Shown here: in pieces, positions 49,487 through 58,135 of the stretch
How positions within the stretch are numbered: the first letter of the stretch is position 1
Layout of the letters: the number at the start of each line of letters is the position of its first letter
IMG/VR virus record: IMGVR_UViG_3300032323_003295
Span: 28,490-92,489 of that record
Length of the DNA stretch: 64,000 nt
From: a virus
Lineage: Duplodnaviria; Heunggongvirae; Uroviricota; Caudoviricetes
Direction: 5' to 3' (one strand)
Notes under the pieces: generated by a model
What the model was told of the DNA's origin: nothing
The model's database searches: none
What the model saw: the letters and a program-made list of their open reading frames with translations, nothing else
Made by a program: the position numbers and the translations under genes

Positions 49487-50092
49487 ATGGTATCAACAGC
49501 CCCAATGAGTTTGTTCAGTGAACAAGAGAAAATTTTTAAAGAAAGAACAGGTAAAGACTTTTCAACACTTTACCAAAAGTATTACCCAAAATTAATATAC
49601 TTCATATCCAAGATATGTAAGGATGTGCAAAAAGCAGAGGATATTTCTACAGACTCCTTTATAGTTGCACTAGAAAAAATAGACAAGTATGATAAAGACA
49701 AAGCTCAATTCTCAACTTGGTTATTCACAATAGCAAGAAATCTTGCATTACAAGACTTAAAAATAGAAAACAGAAGTATCTCATTAGACATTGAGTTTGA
49801 TGATGAAGGAACTACTTTAAAAGACTTTATACAAGAAACTGAGAGTAATGAAGCAGTTTATGATGTGTATAGTAAAAAAGCAGATGTTTTGAAAAAACAT
49901 ATCTCTGAATTGAAAGAACCTTATAAGACAGTAATTGAAATGAGAGAGATAGACAGAATGGCCTATAAAGATATAGCTGACCTATTAGGTAAGAACTTAT
50001 CTACTATAAAGTCACAAATTAGAAATGGTCGCCATATTCTAATGGAACAATCTAAGAAAGAGTTTTTAGAGATAGATGAAATGTATTTATAG
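49487..50092 (+). CDS. Sigma-70-family RNA polymerase sigma factor (ECF/group-4-like)
   Basis: Region 2 FSTWLFTIARNLALQDLK and region 4 HTH EMREIDRMAYKDIADLLGKNLSTIKSQIRNGRHIL. 201 aa. Confidence 0.75.
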   Translation: MVSTAPMSLFSEQEKIFKERTGKDFSTLYQKYYPKLIYFISKICKDVQKAEDISTDSFIVALEKIDKYDKDKAQFSTWLFTIARNLALQDLKIENRSISLDIEFDDEGTTLKDFIQETESNEAVYDVYSKKADVLKKHISELKEPYKTVIEMREIDRMAYKDIADLLGKNLSTIKSQIRNGRHILMEQSKKEFLEIDEMYL

Positions 50093-50110
50093 ATATTAAA
50101 AAGAAAAATA

Positions 50111-51364
50111 ATGAATGTAGAACAATTAGCTAAAAGAGCTATTGATAAAATTAAAACCACTTGGGGTCTTCCTCAAAGTGGTTTTATTGCTGGTGGATCT
50201 ATTGCAAACCTAATCTGGGAAGAAGTATCAGGTAACAAAGCAGTTATAAATGACATTGATGTATTTTTATTTGATGGTATTTTAGAGAAGTTAGTACAAG
50301 ATAAATCTCAAACTCTTTATGAACATTCTACCAAAGAAGACATTTGGTATGAAGATTATAATGGGATTGCTTTTATGACTAAAGAAAAAGATTTTTATTG
50401 TATAACTGAATCTACTAAAGATGGTATGTTCAACTATGTAAAATATCAATCTAATTCTCCAGAACCAAGAGTAGTAATTGATTCTTTTGATATTAATTGT
50501 ACTGCAGTTGGATATTCTATTGACAATGATGAGTTTTATTGGACTGATGAATTTGAAAAATTCTTAGAGACAGGTATATTAAGAATTACTAATGTTAAGA
50601 CACCTTCTCATACAGCATTGAGAATAATCAAAAAAGCAGATGAATTAAATGCAACTCTTACTGAATTTGAATTAAACATATTACAATATGCTTTAAGTGA
50701 TAATGTTTACTTGAGTCCATATAAAGTTAGATTTCAAGAAAGATACTTAGAGGTATTTGTTAAATATATTGATAGATTGAGTGAATTCTTTTATATACAT
50801 AAGGATGTTGAATGTATTGAATGGCTTAGAGTTTCACAAAATAAAGATGTTAAACTTTGGAAGTTAGTATCAAGTAACCAAAGAGTATTTGATGATAAAA
50901 ACCTATCAGGGTTAAAATCAGATAATTATTTATTCTACATCAGAAATATCTATAGTAATAAAAATCAAAATCTAAAACTAATTTGGGAACATTTACATTA
51001 CTTTTATGATACACCAGGTTATGTTGACAAAGAAGTAGCAGAAGAAGATATTAAACTTCTTTCAAGATTTGTTTACAATGCACCTAATGCAATATCTAAT
51101 TTGAAAGGTCTAAAGTTATCAGAACAGATTAATCTTGTCAAGAAACTTCTTGAAGTGTATAAGGATGATCCTATCATAGCAATATCTGTATTAGAAAAGA
51201 ATAAATTAGATAAAGATATTGATATAGATGAACAAACTAAATTACTACTTGAGTTATCAGTTAGAAAGGAAATTGTTAATGATACAAGAGGTAAAGTAAA
51301 TAAAATACTTATTGAAGATGAAACTGATGATAAAGAAGTTATAGATAAACTTTTCACAATATAA
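50111..51364 (+). CDS. Pol-beta-superfamily nucleotidyltransferase; tRNA nucleotidyltransferase (CCA-adding)/poly(A)-polymerase-like
   Basis: Head motif GFIAGGSIANLI...NDIDVF parallels GGAVRDLLLG...DIDI. Downstream DSFDINCTAVGYSIDNDEFY and GILRITNVKTPSHTALRIIKKADEL parallel the RRDFTINA.../LRxVGDP...EDxLRxLRA blocks of class-II CCA enzymes. 417 aa. Confidence 0.5.
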   Translation: MNVEQLAKRAIDKIKTTWGLPQSGFIAGGSIANLIWEEVSGNKAVINDIDVFLFDGILEKLVQDKSQTLYEHSTKEDIWYEDYNGIAFMTKEKDFYCITESTKDGMFNYVKYQSNSPEPRVVIDSFDINCTAVGYSIDNDEFYWTDEFEKFLETGILRITNVKTPSHTALRIIKKADELNATLTEFELNILQYALSDNVYLSPYKVRFQERYLEVFVKYIDRLSEFFYIHKDVECIEWLRVSQNKDVKLWKLVSSNQRVFDDKNLSGLKSDNYLFYIRNIYSNKNQNLKLIWEHLHYFYDTPGYVDKEVAEEDIKLLSRFVYNAPNAISNLKGLKLSEQINLVKKLLEVYKDDPIIAISVLEKNKLDKDIDIDEQTKLLLELSVRKEIVNDTRGKVNKILIEDETDDKEVIDKLFTI

Positions 51365-51393
51365 ATAATATAAACAAAAACAAATAATAAATT

Positions 51394-51717
51394 ATGACAA
51401 CAAATGCAATAGAATTAACACCATCAACTTATGAAGATTTTGTAAAAAATGAATATGTATTAGTAGATGTTTGGGCCCCTTGGTGTGGCCCCTGTAAACA
51501 AATTTCACCAATTATAGATCAAATCTCTTTAGAGTTTATGGATCAATTACATGTTGGTAAATTAAATGCTGATGAAAATAGAGACATTCTTGTTGAATTA
51601 GGAGTTAGAAATATTCCTACATTAATCCTTTTCAAAAATGGAGAGATTGTTGAAAGAAGTACAGGAATGACTAGTAAAGAAAAATTAGCTGAATTGATTA
51701 ATACTCACTTAAACTAA
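51394..51717 (+). CDS. Thioredoxin
   Basis: WAPWCGPCK active site inside a thioredoxin-sized ORF of 107 aa. Confidence 0.85.
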   Translation: MTTNAIELTPSTYEDFVKNEYVLVDVWAPWCGPCKQISPIIDQISLEFMDQLHVGKLNADENRDILVELGVRNIPTLILFKNGEIVERSTGMTSKEKLAELINTHLN

Positions 51718-51721
51718 TTTA

Positions 51722-52228
51722 ATGGAACCAACAGAATATTTATTTGAATTAATTAATCAATCAAATATTTCACTATTAGGTTACACTTTCAAAGAAGAAA
51801 GAATTAAAGATGAAATTATTTCTAAAGTTTCTCATATTGAGATACCAGAAATAAATTCATCTTTTTCTATGCTTTCTTATATTAGAGATTCTAAAATTGA
51901 TTCAGTATTAAATAATAAAACTGAAACACCAAGTCACTTTTTATTAGACATAAATAACTTTATGGTAGGTAGAGGTGAATTGAGTAGAGCCAATGTGATA
52001 AAAAATGCTCTTCAAAGAATAGCAAATGAATTAATAGATACTAATTTTAAACTATTAATCACTTGTCCAATATATACTACTGCAGGTAATGATGAATACA
52101 ATTTCAGTGGTGGTAATACAGGATTATATATGGCCGATTTTGTAGGTATAATTAGAGAAGATAGAGTAAGAATAATGAAAAACCGTGAAGGTGGATCTCA
52201 AATAGATATAAAATATGATAGCAAATAA
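51722..52228 (+). CDS. Hypothetical protein
   Basis: 168-aa ORF that overlaps the smpB start by 14 nt. Confidence 0.5.
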   Translation: MEPTEYLFELINQSNISLLGYTFKEERIKDEIISKVSHIEIPEINSSFSMLSYIRDSKIDSVLNNKTETPSHFLLDINNFMVGRGELSRANVIKNALQRIANELIDTNFKLLITCPIYTTAGNDEYNFSGGNTGLYMADFVGIIREDRVRIMKNREGGSQIDIKYDSK

Positions 52229-52649
52229 TAGAAAGGCTTATTATGAATTTCACATTCACGAAGAGTTTGAAGCAGGGGTTGTATTGGTTGGAAGTGAAGT
52301 AAAATCAATTAGAATGGGTAATGTTACTTTAGCAGATTCTTTTATTTACTTAAAAGATGGTGAAGTATGGCTCAAGAATATGAATGTGGCTAGATATAAA
52401 TCATCACATCCATTAACAAAACATGAAGAGAACAGAGATAAGAAGTTACTTTTAAGTAGAAAAGAAATCAATAGAATTGAAAGAAAACTACAAGACAAAG
52501 GAACAACTGCAATACCATTAAGTATATTTCTAAAAAGAAACAGAATTAAAATTAAAATTGGTGTGGCAACTGGTAAAAAATTATGGAATAAAAGAGAAGA
52601 TATTAAAAAGAAAGATATAGAAAGAGAAATGAAAAGAGGTATGGTTTAA
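52215..52649 (+). CDS. smpB: SsrA-binding protein SmpB
   Basis: KAYYEFHIHEEFEAGVVLVGSEVKSIRMGNVTLADSFIYLKDGEVWL...KLLLSRKEINRIERKL matches SmpB along its full length, including the conserved basic C-terminal tail. Confidence 0.9.
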   Translation: MIANNRKAYYEFHIHEEFEAGVVLVGSEVKSIRMGNVTLADSFIYLKDGEVWLKNMNVARYKSSHPLTKHEENRDKKLLLSRKEINRIERKLQDKGTTAIPLSIFLKRNRIKIKIGVATGKKLWNKREDIKKKDIEREMKRGMV

Positions 52650-52679
52650 TTTTATATATAGTAAAAATTAATATGTAAT

Positions 52680-53552
52680 ATGACACCATCTAAAATAAAA
52701 TTGATTGATTATTTGAAATCAAATTATAATAAAAAATCTAAAGATGAAATAATTAAAGATACAAATCTTTCTTGGAACTATATACAAAAAATTGCTTGTT
52801 TAAATAAAATCAAAAAAGGTTCTAATGAATCAAAAAACAACTCAAAGTATTCAAAAATAATTGATTACAATGATAATATAACTTGTTATTGGATAGGTTT
52901 TATACTTGCAGATGGTCATATATACAAAGAATCCAACATTCAGATAAACTTATCAATAAAAGATAAAGAATATATTTTAAAAATTGAAGAACATATAGGA
53001 AAAGTATGTAAATATGAGTATAAAGATGATATAAGACTTGTAATATCAGATAGAAAAAGTGTGAGTAAATTATCTAATGACTTTAATTGGTTGTCTAATA
53101 AAACCAAGAATCCAGTAAAAATACCTGATAACATAACCAATGACCAACTATTTAGCATGATGATTGGATTTATAGATGGTGATGGATGTATAAATAAAAA
53201 GGGTTTGTTATATCTTAAATGTGATTCTTCATGGGGATATTTTTTAGAAGAAGTATATTATATACTAACATCATCAAAAAAGAATTTTTATATATCACCT
53301 GATGGATGCTCAAATATATGTATAACTAAAAATAAAGAAGTACTTAAAATCAAGAATAGAGCATTGTCTCTAAATTTACCTATAATGAATAGAAAATGGG
53401 ATAGAGTAGTTGATAGAACATTAAAATGTGATAAATATAACATTATACAAAATCTACTTATTGAGGGACATGATATTAAAAAGATAAAAGAAAATACTGG
53501 GTTTAGTCAGTCACTTATTTATAAAGTTAAAAAAGATTTAAAATGGAAGTAG
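52680..53552 (+). CDS. LAGLIDADG-family homing endonuclease (two-motif monomeric type)
   Basis: Two LAGLIDADG motifs: WIGFILADGHIYKE and MIGFIDGDGCINKKG. 290 aa, free-standing between smpB and the next gene. Confidence 0.75.
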   Translation: MTPSKIKLIDYLKSNYNKKSKDEIIKDTNLSWNYIQKIACLNKIKKGSNESKNNSKYSKIIDYNDNITCYWIGFILADGHIYKESNIQINLSIKDKEYILKIEEHIGKVCKYEYKDDIRLVISDRKSVSKLSNDFNWLSNKTKNPVKIPDNITNDQLFSMMIGFIDGDGCINKKGLLYLKCDSSWGYFLEEVYYILTSSKKNFYISPDGCSNICITKNKEVLKIKNRALSLNLPIMNRKWDRVVDRTLKCDKYNIIQNLLIEGHDIKKIKENTGFSQSLIYKVKKDLKWK

Positions 53553-53696
53553 AGTTAAAAACAAAATCATTAAATGAAATATTAAATAAATGTAATTCAT
53601 TAGGGTGGGATATTAAAAAGACAAAATTAGTAAGTAAAATTTTTGAAGATTTATCTGAACCTGATAGTTATTATGTAAAATTATATTTGAAAAATA

Positions 53697-54047
53697 ATGA
53701 AAAATAACATAGAAGACTTCTTTGAAAAACTCCATAGTTCAGGTAGTGAGGAAGAAGTAATAAAAAACTTAAAAAGGATTATCAAAGGTTTCAATGTATC
53801 TACATACAAAGAAAGACTTATGAGTAATCCTTATTTTAGTTTATTGATAAATGAAATCAAAGGTGATATTTTATTTGAGATTGGTTTAATTAAAGATAAT
53901 ATAGAATTAGAAATAAGAGGTATAGATGATGCTTTAGGTAAACCAATTAGTGTTAGTGACTTTAATAGATTAAAAGATTTGAAAAGAGAATGTATGGGTT
54001 TACTTTATGAAATAAATGATCGAATCAATGATTTGATTTTACTTTAA
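53697..54047 (+). CDS. Hypothetical protein (N-terminus MKNNIEDFFEKL)
   Basis: 116-aa ORF. Its N-terminus weakly resembles the shared family motif. Confidence 0.45.
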   Translation: MKNNIEDFFEKLHSSGSEEEVIKNLKRIIKGFNVSTYKERLMSNPYFSLLINEIKGDILFEIGLIKDNIELEIRGIDDALGKPISVSDFNRLKDLKRECMGLLYEINDRINDLILL

Positions 54048-55655
54048 TAAACTATTAACAAACTTCTCAATTATATTTAGTTTTATCATTGATTCCTCAA
54101 ATTCATCATCAGCACCATCACAATATGAAACATATCTAGACATATTACTACTACTTGAATCAAATGAATTTATAACATCATTATATGGTGTTGCTAATTT
54201 ATTTCTACGATCTGATATGAAATCTTGTATAACACTTAACTTATATTTAACCATTATTATATCATGTATATTCTCAATATCAACAGACTCAATATAGTTA
54301 TTTATTTTCTCACCTAAATTTAACAATCTTTTTATTATAGTAATAAGATTTTCATCATTTGATTTTAGAATAACATCTAAGTTATTTCTGTAAATATTAC
54401 TATAACTTGTAGTATTTCCTCTACTATTTTTAAATACACTTAAAACATTACTGAAATAATACTCTTTATCATCTTCATTTACTAAATTATATAATTGATT
54501 AATAAGATTATTCAATGAACTCATATTATTATCTAAATAAAGATTAAATATAACAAACTTATTACACATTATATTATTAACAAATTTATTCAATTTAGAA
54601 AAGTCTTCTGTATCTTTATGTAATCCATACTTAGCAACTAATTTAGTAGTATAATTATTAATATTTATTTGCTTTATATCATAATCAGACATAAGAGCAG
54701 TAGCACCTTGTCTAGCACTAGTTCTATCTCTTCTTATAGTATTTATATTTGGAATTGAAAGTAGTTTATCCATATAGACAATAATAGCAAAGTCTGCTTT
54801 TTCTATAGCAGTTTCAATTATACCTTGATTATCTAATGTCCAATCCATAATATTACCTCTACTATCTAATGGTTTATTAAAATCTGCTAAATTGGCTTTA
54901 TGTTTAGGTTTATCAATTTTAATTTCTTGTCTTAATTGTCTATTATTTTTAGTATAAAGATGTAATCTAAAATGATCACCATCTGTATGAATAATACCAT
55001 TATTTTCATCATCACGTCCTAATCTCCAAGTATATTGATAATTTTGTGCAAAATCTGGTCTATCTCCATAAACAGATGTTCCATCTGATTTATAATCATT
55101 ATAAACATAAATTGCATTAGAATTATAAGTATCAATAAATACTTTACCAATTACTACTCTATTTGAATCACTATTATCACCAAGTACAACTAAGACATCA
55201 TCACCTGTTTTTAAACTTTTATAATCTAATACTGATGATAATTTACCTTTATTTATTCCTAAACTATTTTTAATATAATAAAATTGATCCTGATTAAAAT
55301 TTTTATTTTTATAAGAATAATCATTTTCTATCTTAACATATGGTGTAGTTAAATTACCTGTACAAGTTTTACCCAAAAATCCTTGTTCTACAGAGAACCA
55401 ATATTTTATACAATAAATATCCCAGTTATTATTAACTGGTTCATTATTCTTAACTTTAATTGCTTTTGATGTTCTAAGATATTCTAAATCATCTTCTTTT
55501 ATTCTTGAGATAGGAATATTATATATACCCATTAATCTTTTAATATCATCAGAGAAAGATGTAGCACTTTTTTGCCCTATTTTCTTAGTTAAGAATTTAA
55601 GTGTATTAGTAATCACTTGTGATTCAAAGGCTTCATATAATTTAATGTATTTCAT
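54039..55655 (-). CDS. Hypothetical protein with CTS-like N-terminus (MKYIKLYEAFES)
   Basis: 538-aa ORF with a family-type N-terminus. Convergent with the gene at 53697. Confidence 0.6.
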   Translation of the reverse strand: MKYIKLYEAFESQVITNTLKFLTKKIGQKSATSFSDDIKRLMGIYNIPISRIKEDDLEYLRTSKAIKVKNNEPVNNNWDIYCIKYWFSVEQGFLGKTCTGNLTTPYVKIENDYSYKNKNFNQDQFYYIKNSLGINKGKLSSVLDYKSLKTGDDVLVVLGDNSDSNRVVIGKVFIDTYNSNAIYVYNDYKSDGTSVYGDRPDFAQNYQYTWRLGRDDENNGIIHTDGDHFRLHLYTKNNRQLRQEIKIDKPKHKANLADFNKPLDSRGNIMDWTLDNQGIIETAIEKADFAIIVYMDKLLSIPNINTIRRDRTSARQGATALMSDYDIKQININNYTTKLVAKYGLHKDTEDFSKLNKFVNNIMCNKFVIFNLYLDNNMSSLNNLINQLYNLVNEDDKEYYFSNVLSVFKNSRGNTTSYSNIYRNNLDVILKSNDENLITIIKRLLNLGEKINNYIESVDIENIHDIIMVKYKLSVIQDFISDRRNKLATPYNDVINSFDSSSSNMSRYVSYCDGADDEFEESMIKLNIIEKFVNSLLK

Positions 55656-56185
55656 TACTTATATATTAAAATAAATTTTTCAAATTAAAACTTTTGTTAT
55701 ATATTTGTATAATAATAATGAGTTATTAAGGTTGACAGTTATAAATAATGAACAAAAGTCACATAACTTTAATAATGTTTATGGTAAGTAAGTAGCTAAC
55801 AAATAAGTTAACACCTTTGATAAAATTAGTGAACTACCTTGTACTTAAATATATGATAAAATGTAAAGGTGTAGTATTGAAATTGTGATGGTAATAAATA
55901 CTCAAAATCTAAACAGATGATAGTAGGTTATAAATAAGAAAATAACTTACTGAAACTAAATCCAACACTATGAAGAAATTAAATGCGTAGAATGGTAACA
56001 CTACGAAACCAAGGACACAAATCCATTAAAAGGTAATCCCAAGTGATTAGATCATAAAAGTTAAGGTTAGGCTCTCGGATTCCGGCCATACTTAACAGGC
56101 GTTCCACCCTCTTCATATTTTTTTAAAATAAATTAGGTTGAATAAAATAATTGTTCTACATTTGCAGAACTAAAAATTAGAAATT

Positions 56186-56590
56186 ATGAGTTTAAAAGAA
56201 AAAATTAGCAAAGACTACATGACTGCTTTCAAAGAAAGAAATGCAGTAGCAAAAAATTTACTTTCTGTAGTAAAAGGAGAAATCCAAACTATTGAAAAAA
56301 ATACAGGAGTTGATTGTCTTTCTGATGCAGAAGTAATCAAAATCCTTAACAAAACAGCAAAGTCTTTAAATGAGGTTATTGCAACAAGTGGTGATGAAGA
56401 GTCTAAATTACAATTAACTATTGTAGAAGCTTTACTTCCAACTGCATTAACAAGAGAGGATATTGTTGCTAAAGTAAATGAACTTGTAGCATCTGGTGTA
56501 ACAAATGTAGGTGGTATTATGAAAGAGTTTGCAACTTTACAAGTTGACAGAAAAGTAGTATCAGAAGTAATCAAAGAAGTATTAGTTTAA
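56186..56590 (+). CDS. GatB/YqeY-domain protein
   Basis: MSLKEKISKDYMTAFKERNAVAKNLLSVVKGEIQ...ILNKTAKSLNEVIATSGDEE...EALLP parallels the YqeY family (MSLKERL.EDMK.AMKAKDK.RLSTIRML...). 134 aa. Confidence 0.7.
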   Translation: MSLKEKISKDYMTAFKERNAVAKNLLSVVKGEIQTIEKNTGVDCLSDAEVIKILNKTAKSLNEVIATSGDEESKLQLTIVEALLPTALTREDIVAKVNELVASGVTNVGGIMKEFATLQVDRKVVSEVIKEVLV

Positions 56591-56847
56591 TCTGAATTAA
56601 AAGTCTTAAAGTCTTTTACTTTAGTTGGCATACCACCAGTATCAATACCTTTAGTCCATTCATCATTGAATACCCATTTTTTATCTTTGGGAGCATTCTT
56701 TTTTGATTTGTACTTCTTACGCATTGCAAAGATGTATTTAAGTTGTTGAAAGGATTTTGCTGGCATAAGGTATATATAAAAAATTAAAAACAAAAATGGG
56801 AGCATTTTTATTAGGAATATTTGTTGGGTACATCCTTTGGGGTACAA
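56587..56847 (-). CDS. Possible small protein (86 aa), uncertain
   Basis: Open frame with a protein-like C-terminus (DEWTKGIDTGGMPTKVKDFK). It is convergent with the GatB/YqeY gene and overlaps it by 4 nt. The alternative is a noncoding region. Confidence 0.3.
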   Translation of the reverse strand: MYPKGCTQQIFLIKMLPFLFLIFYIYLMPAKSFQQLKYIFAMRKKYKSKKNAPKDKKWVFNDEWTKGIDTGGMPTKVKDFKTFNSD

Positions 56848-57013
56848 AGAAATAGATAAGCATTAAAGAGACAGTGACATGAGTAATCAAGTGAGGCACA
56901 CATAAAACAGTACCAATGAAAATGTTGAGGTGTTAGACCACCATATGTTTATCTTTTTTAAAAATAAATTTGGTAGAATAAAAAATTAGTATTACTTTTG
57001 TATCAAATAAAAA

Positions 57014-57181
57014 CAAAATAATTATGGAATTTACAAGAACTATAAATATTAATATAGGTGATGTGGTTGAATGCTTAACTTCTGATGGTTGGGAATGTGG
57101 TATAATTACAAAATTTACTGAAAATAAAATTATTGTATTTATGGATTTTATTGGTAAAGAATGTGAATTTAACATTGATGA
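57014..57181 (+). CDS. Small ORF (55 aa) downstream of the conserved promoter-like motif B
   Basis: MEFTRTININIGDVVECLTSDGWECGIITKF... This is preferred over the antisense 56933..57205 ORF because the AAAATAAAT-N6-GAATAAAA motif and the TACTTTTG element lie upstream in + orientation. Confidence 0.3.
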
Positions 57182-57465
57182 TATAAGATAAAAATAACAA
57201 ATCAAGAAAAATTAAAAATAAATTAGAAAAAAATTAGGTAGATAAGTAAACTTTTATTACTTTTGTACTATAAAAATAACAAAAAAACAAAAAGAGAGAA
57301 TAAAACTTTAATATATATAATAATGAGAACAAATTTCAAACATACAAGCTTTAGTAAGTCGTTCAAGTGGTTTAGCCACAAGTTCGGATGTATGAGTATG
57401 TCGTTCTCAGATGTAACTTTAATTAGTTAGTTATATTGATAAGAGAATAATAAAACATAAACAGA

Positions 57466-57497
57466 AACCCGAACTTTACAAAAAGTTTGGGTTTTTT
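57466..57497 (+). terminator. Rho-independent terminator
   Basis: AAACCCGAACTTT-ACAAAA-AGTTTGGGTTT (with one G.U pair) followed by a T-run. Confidence 0.6.
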
Positions 57498-57507
57498 CAT
57501 TTTATAA

Positions 57508-57580
57508 TCCCCCTAAACATTGTTGGTGGATGTACCAGACTTTTAATCTGGGAAGGTGGTTTCGATTACCACAGGGGGAA
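57508..57580 (+). tRNA. tRNA-Lys (anticodon TTT)
   Basis: Manual fold: acceptor TCCCCCT/AGGGGGA, D stem ACAT/ATGT, anticodon stem CCAGA/TCTGG with loop CTTTTAA, T arm GTGGT-TTCGATT-ACCAC. 73 nt. Confidence 0.7.
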
Positions 57581-57586
57581 CAAAAT

Positions 57587-57659
57587 ACAGGTCAGCATAA
57601 TGGTATGCACCAGGTCTCCAAAACCTTGGATGGAAAGAGTTCGACTCTCTTGGCTTGTG
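57587..57659 (+). tRNA. tRNA-like, Trp(CCA)-like, degenerate (possible pseudo-tRNA)
   Basis: Canonical T arm AAGAG-TTCGACT-CTCTT and D arm GCAT-AATGGT-ATGC, with anticodon loop CTCCAAA. The acceptor stem needs two G.U pairs and the anticodon stem has a mismatch. It shares GGTCTCCAAAACC with the Trp tRNA at 57825. Confidence 0.35.
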
Positions 57660-57669
57660 CAAATATAAT

Positions 57670-57742
57670 GGACCTTTCGTATAGCTGGTGCGTACGTTGG
57701 ACTGAAAATCCAAAGGACAGGGCTCGATTCCCTGAGGGTCCA
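57670..57742 (+). tRNA. tRNA-Phe (anticodon GAA)
   Basis: Acceptor GGACCTT/AGGGTCC, anticodon stem TTGGA/TCCAA with loop CTGAAAA, T arm CAGGG-CTCGATT-CCCTG. 73 nt. Confidence 0.7.
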
Positions 57743-57744
57743 CT

Positions 57745-57817
57745 TTGATGGTAGCTTAATTGGTTAAAGCACTTGGTTGTGAGCCAAGGGATTGCGGGTT
57801 CAAGTCCCGTCTGTCAA
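57745..57817 (+). tRNA. tRNA-His (anticodon GTG)
   Basis: D arm GCTT-AATTGGTTA-AAGC, anticodon stem CTTGG/CCAAG with loop TTGTGAG, T arm GCGGG-TTCAAGT-CCCGT, acceptor with two G.U pairs. Confidence 0.65.
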
Positions 57818-57824
57818 CCCAAAA

Positions 57825-57898
57825 TACGTCATTGGTGAAATGGTATCATCCTGGTCTCCAAAACCAGTGTTACAGGTTCGAGTCCTGTATGGCGTGCT
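57825..57898 (+). tRNA. tRNA-Trp (anticodon CCA)
   Basis: Acceptor ACGTCAT/ATGGCGT, anticodon stem CTGGT/ACCAG with loop CTCCAAA, T arm ACAGG-TTCGAGT-CCTGT. Confidence 0.75.
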
Positions 57899-57905
57899 GA
57901 TATGG

Positions 57906-57979
57906 TGATTGTCGTCTAAAGGTTAGGATGCCTCCCTGTGAAGGAGGAGATGCGGTCTCGGGATCCGTCTTTCACCCAA
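57906..57979 (+). tRNA. tRNA-like element, His(GTG)-like anticodon arm, non-canonical (probable pseudo-tRNA)
   Basis: Perfect anticodon arm CCTCC-CTGTGAA-GGAGG and a D-arm-like CGTC...GATG. The acceptor pairs at only 5 of 7 positions and the T arm is non-canonical (4-bp stem, 9-nt loop). Confidence 0.3.
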
Positions 57980-57988
57980 ATAATTCTC

Positions 57989-58062
57989 TCCCGTAGCTTA
58001 AATGGAGAAAGCCGCATACTTTTAATATGCAGACTACTGGATCGTACCCAGTCGGGGGAACT
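57989..58062 (+). tRNA. tRNA-Lys-like (second TTT anticodon), unusual T loop
   Basis: Acceptor TCTCCCG/CGGGGGA, D arm GCTT...AAGC, anticodon stem GCATA/TATGC with loop CTTTTAA, T stem ACTGG/CCAGT with atypical loop ATCGTAC. Confidence 0.5.
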
Positions 58063-58135
58063 AATTTACAAGCACTCAACTTTTTAAGGAGAGGGAGTTC
58101 AATTATTTATATATAAAAGAAAAGATAATTGAATT

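Noticed and set aside
56933-57205. Minus-strand ORF 56933..57205 (90 aa)
   Set aside because: The hydrophobic low-complexity translation overlaps a + strand promoter-like motif and a 55-aa + strand ORF. The + strand interpretation was preferred, though neither is certain.
57530-57748. ORFs 57530..57748(+), 57543..57743(-) and 59312..59509(+)
   Set aside because: They overlap well-folded tRNA genes, so the open frames are incidental.
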